Part shown: one piece after another, positions 17,519 to 24,638 of the stretch
Numbering within the stretch: the stretch's first letter is position 1
How the letters are laid out: each line of letters begins with the position of its first letter
Virus record (IMG/VR): IMGVR_UViG_3300031712_000052
Span: 1-30,665 of that record
Reading direction: 5' to 3' (one strand)
Source: a virus
Lineage: Duplodnaviria; Heunggongvirae; Uroviricota; Caudoviricetes
Length of the DNA: 30,665 nt
The notes under the pieces: model-generated
Database searches by the model: none
Told to the model about the DNA's origin: nothing
Seen by the model: only the letters and a program-made list of their open reading frames with translations
Position numbers and translations under genes: made by a program

Positions 17519-20500
17519 ATGGCCACAATCACACTGGCAGAGGCTGAACTTCTTAGATCTGCACACACCATTCCACTCTCATACTGTTTTGATGATCATG
17601 GAATAGTCGAACCTATCTTTGATTATGATGAGGGTGGCGAGGCTGTAGACTTTGGTATAGACGAGGAGCCTGAAGAAGTAGACCCCTCTAGTGCTCTTAC
17701 CTCTACAGAGATGCTTGGTGTATCTCCATCCGACTTCGCAGAGACGGCGATTCGAGTTCCTGAAGCGGGTAGGATAGGTGACTTCTCATTTACCGGTCGT
17801 GAGTACCTGCGTAAGATATATGATACGCCTGCAAACAAAGTTCTCATGCTTTGCGGCCGGCAGGTAGAGAAATGCTGTCTCGCAGCAAGCATGATTTCTA
17901 TGGAAGACGGCGGTGTAACACCCCTAGAGAAGATTTGTGTAGGAGACAAAGTAGTAGGCATGTCTCCTGATGGTGCGCATACACAAATAGGATCAGTAAC
18001 TTGGAAGTCTGCAAAACTTAGAAAGACTTGCGTAAAGATCAAGACTAGACAGGGCCATACTGTGGTGGTGGCATTGACCCATCCAATGCGCACCTGGGGT
18101 GGCTGGTCAATCTCTGGTGGTCTCTCTGAGCAGGAGCATATTGCGGCAGTTCGGAGAGCTGGGGAGTTTACAAGTACTTCTACTCCGCCAGATAGAAAGG
18201 TGATCTTAGCAGCGTACATGATTGCAGAAGGGTACTTGCCCGAGCAAGATACGTGTACCTTTACTCAGGGCGAAGGGCCAGTCTTGCAGGAGTTTCTAGA
18301 GTTGGTTGCAGGTGATGACTATAGCCCCAATGAGAGAAAGCCTGGCCTGTGGAGTATTCGATTCAATGCAGAGTCTGCCGTACTAAAACTGGTGAAGGAG
18401 TGTGGTATCTGGGGAGAGTTGTCTGCAGACAAGCATGTACCAGACTTTGTGTGGGGATTAGATCAAAGACAAACAGCCCTATTCATCAATCGTTTATGGG
18501 CCGGCGATGGCCATGCAAGTTTGCAAGATTCATCGTACCACCTGGAGTACGATTCTATTTCTGAGCACTTGATCAAAGATGTGCAGCGTCTTCTATGGAA
18601 GTTTGGCATTCCTTCCAGTACACGTAGATGGAAACCCACATTGTACAAAGGTACTGACAAGTGGGCGTACAAGCTGCGGATAGAAACACAAGCTGGGGCT
18701 GTCAGATTCATAGAAGACATTGGTGCTCTTGGAAAGACAGAGGACATTCCAATCATCGACGTAGATACTAACTCCAACAGGGATGTGTACCCGGCTGGTA
18801 TTGTGGAGGATATAGCTATCATACACAGGTCTAGAAACGGCTTCCGCAGCGGGCCCTACGTACCACAACCATCCCTAAGATCTGCCGGACTTAGGGAGAA
18901 ACCTAAGTACTTGTTGAGTCATGACAAACTTGAACAGTATGTAGACTTCTTCAGATCAGACACAAGATTTGATCAAGATAAAACATCTGCCCTTGCTCAA
19001 CACCTGAGCACGGATTTGTACTGGGATGAGATAGTGAGTATCGAAGAGGTGGGAGAGCAGGATTGTTATGACATCACTGTGGATGGTACTGACAGCTTCG
19101 TGGTAGATGGACTCATCACACACAACTCGACTACACTGGGCAACCGGCTGCTCTGCTACTCAGCCCTCACCAACAACTTCAGGTCCCTGTACGTAGCTCC
19201 TTCAGCGGAACAGGCGAAGGTCTTTTCCAATGACCGCATCAAGGATGTCATAGATGCGTCCCCCATGCTGAGGTCCTACACCTCAGCTAAGATCAACCAG
19301 GCTGTCTTCTTCAAGAAGTTTATCAACTACTCTCAGATCAGACTTCGTTATGCGTATCTAACTGCAGACCGTGTTCGTGGTATTCCTGCAGACATGGTAC
19401 TGATCGACGAGCTTCAAGACGTTTTGATCGATAACATCCCAGTCATCGAGCAGTGTGCCTTCCACTCTAGCTACAAGCTATTCTTGTACTCAGGCACACC
19501 CAAGTCAGTAGATAACACCATAGAATTCTACTGGTCTGAGTTCTCCTCACAGAACGAGTGGGTAGTACCCTGTGAGCGGCATGGGTTACCCAGTGACTCG
19601 AGTACCTGGCATTGGAATGTTCTAACGGAGAAGAACATAGGGTCTACGGGGCTCATCTGTGACAAGTGTGGGGAGTCTATAACCGCACGGCATCCCATGG
19701 CACAGTGGGCTGCCATGAACCCCATGCGGGAGGACAACAAGGACAAGGTTACCTTCGAGGGATACCGCATTCCTCAGATCATGGTCCCCTGGGTAGACTG
19801 GGAAGAGGTACTAGTAGCCCAAGAGCAATACTCCCGTTCCCAGTTCATGAATGAGAAGCTTGGTAGGTCCTATGACTCCGGTGTACGACCAATCACCCGA
19901 GCTCAACTGCAGGCTGTGTGCAAGCCTGAGATCGTACTGGGTGACATAGAGTCCTTTCGTAGACTAGCGCAGGGTATGTCCATCTATGCTGGAGTGGACT
20001 GGGGTCCTGGAGAGAACGCCAGCTTCACTCACGTTTCATTTGGTGGATACTTCGGCACAGGCAACTTCTCCATCTTCTGGTGTCATCGATTTACTGGGCA
20101 AGACCTAGACCCAGAACGGCAGCTGGACCTACTCACGCAGATGTTGTCTCAGGTACACGTTAAGATCATAGGTGTAGACTACGGTGGTGGTTTCTATCAG
20201 AACGACAAGCTCATCAAGCGTTTCGGCGCCAACAAGGTAATGAAGTACCAGTACAATCCTAGGCAAAAAAAGAAGATCTATTGGGAGCCAAACCTGCGTC
20301 GCTGGATGTGCCATCGTACAGAGGTAATGAGCGATGGGTTCAATGCTCTGAAGGCAAAGAAGATAGACTTGCCCAGGTGGGAGGACTACCAGGACCCACA
20401 TGGTACAGACATCCTCAACATCTTCACCGAGCACAACGAGAGACTCAGGATGAACGAGTACAAGAAGCCGCCGGGAAAGACGGATGATGCATTCCACTCT

Positions 20501-20599
20501 ATGCTTCTGTGCTTGTTGGCATCTTGCATAGAGAGACCACGTCCAGACATCTTTGCACCTATGCAGGACAGCGGCCTTATGGAGAATTACAGCTTCTGA
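17519..20599 (+). CDS. terL: Terminase large subunit, intein-containing (1026 aa precursor; 608 aa spliced)
   Basis: Split Walker A GRQVEK/STT, Walker B MVLIDE, coupling motif YSGTP, Cys cluster (CERH..CDKC), and nuclease acidic motifs AGVDWG, GVDYGGG, DDAFHS. Confidence 0.92.
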   Translation: MATITLAEAELLRSAHTIPLSYCFDDHGIVEPIFDYDEGGEAVDFGIDEEPEEVDPSSALTSTEMLGVSPSDFAETAIRVPEAGRIGDFSFTGREYLRKIYDTPANKVLMLCGRQVEKCCLAASMISMEDGGVTPLEKICVGDKVVGMSPDGAHTQIGSVTWKSAKLRKTCVKIKTRQGHTVVVALTHPMRTWGGWSISGGLSEQEHIAAVRRAGEFTSTSTPPDRKVILAAYMIAEGYLPEQDTCTFTQGEGPVLQEFLELVAGDDYSPNERKPGLWSIRFNAESAVLKLVKECGIWGELSADKHVPDFVWGLDQRQTALFINRLWAGDGHASLQDSSYHLEYDSISEHLIKDVQRLLWKFGIPSSTRRWKPTLYKGTDKWAYKLRIETQAGAVRFIEDIGALGKTEDIPIIDVDTNSNRDVYPAGIVEDIAIIHRSRNGFRSGPYVPQPSLRSAGLREKPKYLLSHDKLEQYVDFFRSDTRFDQDKTSALAQHLSTDLYWDEIVSIEEVGEQDCYDITVDGTDSFVVDGLITHNSTTLGNRLLCYSALTNNFRSLYVAPSAEQAKVFSNDRIKDVIDASPMLRSYTSAKINQAVFFKKFINYSQIRLRYAYLTADRVRGIPADMVLIDELQDVLIDNIPVIEQCAFHSSYKLFLYSGTPKSVDNTIEFYWSEFSSQNEWVVPCERHGLPSDSSTWHWNVLTEKNIGSTGLICDKCGESITARHPMAQWAAMNPMREDNKDKVTFEGYRIPQIMVPWVDWEEVLVAQEQYSRSQFMNEKLGRSYDSGVRPITRAQLQAVCKPEIVLGDIESFRRLAQGMSIYAGVDWGPGENASFTHVSFGGYFGTGNFSIFWCHRFTGQDLDPERQLDLLTQMLSQVHVKIIGVDYGGGFYQNDKLIKRFGANKVMKYQYNPRQKKKIYWEPNLRRWMCHRTEVMSDGFNALKAKKIDLPRWEDYQDPHGTDILNIFTEHNERLRMNEYKKPPGKTDDAFHSMLLCLLASCIERPRPDIFAPMQDSGLMENYSF
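17873..19126 (+). mobile_element. Intein with LAGLIDADG homing endonuclease (418 aa)
   Basis: Block A CCLAASMISMEDG, block B ..LTHP, LAGLIDADG-like ILAAYMIAEG and FINRLWAGDG, and blocks F/G CYDITVDGTDSFVVDGLITHN followed by +1 Ser. Confidence 0.95.
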
Positions 20600-20618
20600 G
20601 GGTGCAATTGTGGCCTAA

Positions 20619-20658
20619 AGAGAAGCCAACTCGGTCGGAGTTAGCGAGTGGCTTCTCT
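20619..20658. terminator. Stem-loop between convergent transcription units
   Basis: AGAGAAGCCA (20619-28) pairs with TGGCTTCTCT (20649-58), extended by CTCG/CGAG after a 1-nt bulge. No U-tract is present, so the terminator role is uncertain. Confidence 0.5.
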
Positions 20659-20692
20659 ACAGGTCCGCCCTTTCGAGCGCCTGTGTCCGGAA

Positions 20693-21043
20693 TCAAACGA
20701 TCTTACAGTCAAGTTCCGGCTGTAGATGCATGGCCAGGTCCATCAGATTTGTTGAGTCGAGTTCTGCCAGCTCTCTCCTGGACTCCTCAGGCAGTCTGCC
20801 AAAGTATCGGCCGTAGGCTTGCTCCAGAGTGATGGCCGGTCGGTCAGAGATCGGAGCAGGTTCGAAGTCCTCTACCAGTCCAAGACCAATGTAACCAAGC
20901 TTGTCACCAGTGCCGGACACACGTACAAACGTGTTGCATACAATCTCTTTGATCCAAACAATGTCTCCCGCTTGGAAGATCTCATTGCCTGACCCGAGCT
21001 CCACATAACGTTTGCAGCGTACACGATCTCCAGCATTCAACAT
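20693..21043 (-). CDS. Hypothetical protein, SH3/KOW-like N-terminus (116 aa)
   Basis: AAGGAG precedes ATG 21043 (MLNAGDRVRCK...FQAGDIVWIKE). The ORF-track extension to 21346 crosses promoter and palindrome sequence and is rejected. Confidence 0.7.
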   Translation of the reverse strand: MLNAGDRVRCKRYVELGSGNEIFQAGDIVWIKEIVCNTFVRVSGTGDKLGYIGLGLVEDFEPAPISDRPAITLEQAYGRYFGRLPEESRRELAELDSTNLMDLAMHLQPELDCKIV

Positions 21044-21048
21044 GACTG

Positions 21049-21063
21049 TCTCCTTGTAGGGGT
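21049..21063 (-). repeat. 15-nt leader element ACCCCTACAAGGAGA, copy 1 (copy 2 at 21755-21769)
   Basis: Exact 15-nt duplicate. Both copies end 5 nt before a - strand ATG and include the SD. Confidence 0.8.
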
Positions 21064-21097
21064 TAAATCTGGGGTTAGATTTCCTTGATCTAATATT

Positions 21098-21124
21098 CTT
21101 ATACCCGACTGGGGTACCTAATTT
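21098..21124 (-). promoter_or_regulatory. Putative phage promoter motif, copy 3 (AAA-N18-TATAAG)
   Basis: - strand: AAA TTAGGTACCCCAGTCGGG TATAAG, 54 nt upstream of ATG 21043. Confidence 0.65.
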
Positions 21125-21133
21125 GCAGCTAAA

Positions 21134-21155
21134 GAAGAACCCATATGGGTTCTTC
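21134..21155. terminator. Perfect 22-bp palindrome; likely - strand intrinsic terminator or operator
   Basis: GAAGAACCCATATGGGTTCTTC. It is followed by TTT on the - strand and lies just upstream of promoter copy 3. Confidence 0.55.
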
Positions 21156-21311
21156 GAAGGCGCCGCACAGGATGCCGAACGCTCCCTATGCAGTAGCCCA
21201 GTTCTTCTCTGCTGGACAGAGGGCGCATAACCCCCTGTGGCCTGCCCTGGTTTGACCCCCGAGGCTTTCGCCCGAGCCCAGAGCAGACCACGAGGAGAAT
21301 CTTGTGAGGTC

Positions 21312-21749
21312 CTACAGCGAGGACCTGAACTTCTGAATCCAGCCACGGTCGCAGTACGATGCTGCAGTAGCTGTCATTGACACTTCAGCAGAGTCCCCTA
21401 CCTCCAACCCAGTCAGCCTGCTTGCCAATTTCGCAGCAGCTTTCCTGGCAGCAAGCTTTGCCAGGCACCACTTGCCGATGCTGTAGGCACCTTCAGCGGC
21501 CGTTATGTAGAAAACTGCCTTGGCTGAACCAGCGAAGAAGTGGTACGACTTGTCACCAGCGGGGGCAAGGCGGATGTTCCTGAAATCCTGGATCATCCCT
21601 ACTCCCCAGTTGCCGCCACGTTGGAAGAAGCCATGGGCTGCAAGTTCCTTGTCGCTGGGGAAGATCGCAGGCTCAGCTCCCTTGCTGTGGTGGGTGGTCT
21701 TGGTCTCTGTGCTCTCGGTCCTTTCGGTCTCTTCGGATGGGGTTTTCAT
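21312..21749 (-). CDS. Hypothetical protein (145 aa)
   Basis: AAGGAG precedes ATG 21749 (MKTPSEETERTES...), preferred over 21776. Confidence 0.65.
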   Translation of the reverse strand: MKTPSEETERTESTETKTTHHSKGAEPAIFPSDKELAAHGFFQRGGNWGVGMIQDFRNIRLAPAGDKSYHFFAGSAKAVFYITAAEGAYSIGKWCLAKLAARKAAAKLASRLTGLEVGDSAEVSMTATAASYCDRGWIQKFRSSL

Positions 21750-21838
21750 GATGCTCTCCTTGTAGGGGTCGCCCAATTACAGGTCGGCCTAGTTTGTAGA
21801 AGCCAACCCAACTGGGCTAGGTCTTCTGGATCAATATA

Positions 21839-21865
21839 CTTATACCCTACTAGAGCCCTGTTTTT
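21839..21865 (-). promoter_or_regulatory. Putative phage promoter motif, copy 4 (AAA-N18-TATAAG)
   Basis: - strand: AAA AACAGGGCTCTAGTAGGG TATAAG. Intergenic, upstream of the 21749 gene. Confidence 0.65.
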
Positions 21866-21914
21866 GCGCCTAAAACGTGGCTTTTGACCACTTTAGGGGG
21901 TCATTTTTTGCTTT

Positions 21915-22433
21915 TCAGGATATGCTGGCTAAGAGGTCACCGTCTTTGATCATAACCGTGCCCCTCTTGGTAAGTGTGCCTGGATACTTCCTACACATGA
22001 CTACAGCAGCATCCCGTAGGTTCTTTCTGCCTTTATCAAGTAGGGCGTATAGCTGTTGTATACGAGCACTGTCTGGGAGTTTGGGGTCCTGTCGTACCTG
22101 GGTCATCATCTTGGTACAAAGCAGGAAGAATGGCTCCCAGGTATGATCAAAAGACACTATTGGCTGTAGTCTGGTAAACTCGTACTCTGAAAGCTGTATG
22201 AAATACTCGGCCCATCGATCTATTACCTCTAGAGCCACCCCTTTTTGCACTACAGCTACCAATTGAACAGCATCTTGGTATAGCTGCAACAATGCATCAT
22301 CCTTCACTGTGCGGAAGTGGGATAAATCCAGACCATTCACGCGCAGTAGGAAAGCTACCTGTTTCTCTAGACCATCCATCCTTGCATCGAGTAGTCTTGT
22401 AGAGTGTTCGGCCTCGTCTGCTTTGCTTCCCAT
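21915..22433 (-). CDS. Hypothetical helical protein (about 172 aa)
   Basis: GGAG lies 9 nt before ATG 22433. The frame is open to 22484, so the start is uncertain. Confidence 0.65.
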   Translation of the reverse strand: MGSKADEAEHSTRLLDARMDGLEKQVAFLLRVNGLDLSHFRTVKDDALLQLYQDAVQLVAVVQKGVALEVIDRWAEYFIQLSEYEFTRLQPIVSFDHTWEPFFLLCTKMMTQVRQDPKLPDSARIQQLYALLDKGRKNLRDAAVVMCRKYPGTLTKRGTVMIKDGDLLASIS

Positions 22434-22477
22434 GTCTTTGTGCTCCATGCTATCACTAGTGAAGTATGTCAGGTGCG

Positions 22478-22507
22478 TTGACACGCAACTAGTGCACTCC
22501 GTATCAT
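22478..22507 (+). promoter_or_regulatory. Sigma70-like promoter (TTGACA-N18-TATCAT)
   Basis: Perfect -35 at 22478-83 and a 5/6 -10 at 22502-07, just upstream of SD GAGGAG and ATG 22528. Confidence 0.45.
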
Positions 22508-22527
22508 ACCTCTAAGAGGAGAAATCA

Positions 22528-23472
22528 ATGAGCGATTCTCTACCACTGGGCCTGGCTTTACAACAGGCAGCAAAACCAGTAGACCCAGAACAGCTAGAGT
22601 TGATGGGTAAACGTGCTGCTGCCGCCTACAGCGACCGGGGTATCAAACTCTCCGATGCAGTGGTGGAAGTGGTGAAAGAGGCCATGCTATCACCAGAACA
22701 GGTGAAGAGGGTCTGCGAGTTCGCCAATACCAATGCCTACCTCTCCGAATTTGAGAAGGCCGGGGAGATGAGGAATGTCACCTTCGAAGGTGGCCCAGCT
22801 AATCCCAGTGTGGTCCTGAAAGACCTGAACGACGGAGGCAACCCTATGCTCAGCAAGGTAGGATCTAGTGACTACATCCAGCATGATACAGCTGGGCACT
22901 ACAAGACGGCTGGAGTTACTGATGAAGCCCTTGCTGAGGCATTCGGCATCAAGGCTGGGGACAAGGAAAAGACTGCATCAGTACATGCAGAGGTGTCTAG
23001 AGATCATATGAGCCACTACAATCCAGTAGACGAGCTCAATGATTTGAGACTATGCCTGGAGGGAACTAGGGAGACTATGATCAGTAAGCTCTCTACTTCC
23101 GGTGTGGTCTATGATGATGTGTCCTCAGACCTCTGTAAGACCGCAGCACAAGAGCTTGAAACTGGTACACCCATGGGGGACATAGCTCGAGTGTGGGCTG
23201 GTTATGCACCTAGTGCACTGCTGTTAAAGGAGGCCACGGCTATAGTGGTCAAGCATCTACAGAGCCGTGGGCACTCGGAAGAGGAGTTGGCTAAATCGTT
23301 CAGCAAGACAGCCAGTGCCGGAACGCTACCTAACCCATCACATCCCCTGGTGGAGCAGTTTGTGGCCTTCACCAAGATAGCACACGGTCATCGTGTGCTT
23401 AAAAGGAGCATCGAAGTGCTAGACGAACAGTTGACAGCAGTTCGTTCTAAGCTGCACGAGATGATCCAATGA
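22528..23472 (+). CDS. Putative head/core protein with KxA motifs (314 aa)
   Basis: Strong SD. Contains KTAG, KTAS (twice) and KTAA. First gene of the head block. Confidence 0.75.
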   Translation: MSDSLPLGLALQQAAKPVDPEQLELMGKRAAAAYSDRGIKLSDAVVEVVKEAMLSPEQVKRVCEFANTNAYLSEFEKAGEMRNVTFEGGPANPSVVLKDLNDGGNPMLSKVGSSDYIQHDTAGHYKTAGVTDEALAEAFGIKAGDKEKTASVHAEVSRDHMSHYNPVDELNDLRLCLEGTRETMISKLSTSGVVYDDVSSDLCKTAAQELETGTPMGDIARVWAGYAPSALLLKEATAIVVKHLQSRGHSEEELAKSFSKTASAGTLPNPSHPLVEQFVAFTKIAHGHRVLKRSIEVLDEQLTAVRSKLHEMIQ

Positions 23473-23735
23473 TTACCTGGCAGTCCGCGATACCCTGGAT
23501 AGTGATACTGAGTTTGATAGCCTCAGCTTTCGGCTCAGTAGTGGGCACGTATCTGGGCTTGAAGATATGTTCAAAGCATTGGCAGTGCCCACTGTATACA
23601 CGTAAGCATGTGGAAGATTGGATGAAAGAACTGGGTAAGGGGCGCTCTAAGAATAGAGTTGTTCGCGAAGACCCAGAGAGTCCCCCAGAATCAGTGCCTG
23701 GAGAGGAATTCCATGCAGCCATCCCAGTACGCTAA
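23469..23735 (+). CDS. Small single-pass membrane protein (88 aa)
   Basis: ATGA coupling to the upstream gene, a hydrophobic stretch IPWIVILSLIASAFGSVVGTYLGL, and a charged C-terminus. Confidence 0.55.
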   Translation: MITWQSAIPWIVILSLIASAFGSVVGTYLGLKICSKHWQCPLYTRKHVEDWMKELGKGRSKNRVVREDPESPPESVPGEEFHAAIPVR

Positions 23736-24021
23736 GGTACTAGGTATCCTTCGTAGCAAGACAGCAGGTCTTGTGGGAGATGCTGCTGGCTTTGTGGGCA
23801 AAACTACAGGTCACTTGTGGAATGCTGCGAATGCAGGCGCACAGGCTACAGCCGGGCATCTAGGTAGTGTTGGAGCACCAGCAGCCTTGACGGGCCTTAT
23901 CACAGCTGCTCCTACACTAGGAGCAGGATACGGGGCCTACAAGGGTGTCACTGGGGCAAAGAATAAGCTAGATGAGTGGAAGTACCAAAGACAGCTACGA
24001 GCACAGGGGTATGATCAATGA
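23713..24021 (+). CDS. Small Gly/Ala-rich virion protein (102 aa)
   Basis: GAGG precedes ATG 23713. Contains SKTAG near the N-terminus and a glycine-zipper-like segment. ATGA-coupled to the next gene. Confidence 0.65.
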   Translation: MQPSQYAKVLGILRSKTAGLVGDAAGFVGKTTGHLWNAANAGAQATAGHLGSVGAPAALTGLITAAPTLGAGYGAYKGVTGAKNKLDEWKYQRQLRAQGYDQ

Positions 24022-24638
24022 ACCCAGTAGAAGAGTTTCTTCAGGATAAGTCTGCTTCTGTTGTTGGTGAGGTAGGAGAGGGCGTCGCAAAGAGGGCACC
24101 TGGGCTCTTGAGGTCCATACTAGATGGCCTACGCTCTGGAACCTCACCCCTAGAGACACATGCACAGAGGTTCGGCTACAACCTTGGTGGTAACCTACAG
24201 ACTGCTGCTGTGGTAGGAACCGCCGGTCTTGCGCTAGATGCCGGCATTCGTGGTGCCAGGCAGATGATAAACCTGGGTGTGGACAAGGTCAAAAAGCCTA
24301 TGGAGTACAAGGCTATGATCGAAGCCCATCCTGAGCTACAAAAGGAAGATGCTGGAAGAGTTCAAGCCTACTACAACTCCCTCAGGCACATGTCCCCACA
24401 CATGGCTGCTGACCCTGTGATTGCAGGGTCATTCGTTCGTAATTTGCTTGATAGAGGCCCAGAAGGTAGCCCAGCAGTACCAATGGAAACAGCCAACATG
24501 TTGGCCGGCATCCAGAAGTCAGTATCTGGCGTACAGAAGGACAGGGGTATGTTGCCTGCTCAATCACCCGCACTGGGCATGATGTCAGGTGCGGTCAAGC
24601 AGATAGATCCCAGCTCTGGAGACAGATACGCTAAATGA
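24018..24638 (+). CDS. Putative virion protein (206 aa)
   Basis: Begins MNPVEEFLQDKSAS and has an Ala/Gly hydrophobic segment. Coupled to the protease gene by ATGA. Confidence 0.72.
   Translation: MNPVEEFLQDKSASVVGEVGEGVAKRAPGLLRSILDGLRSGTSPLETHAQRFGYNLGGNLQTAAVVGTAGLALDAGIRGARQMINLGVDKVKKPMEYKAMIEAHPELQKEDAGRVQAYYNSLRHMSPHMAADPVIAGSFVRNLLDRGPEGSPAVPMETANMLAGIQKSVSGVQKDRGMLPAQSPALGMMSGAVKQIDPSSGDRYAK

Noticed and set aside
21156-21311. tRNA gene
   Set aside because: A GTTCG is present, but there is no T-stem, acceptor stem or cloverleaf on either strand.
21885-21909. + strand intrinsic terminator (TGACC...GGTCA then T6)
   Set aside because: The stem is only 5 bp and no + strand gene ends here.
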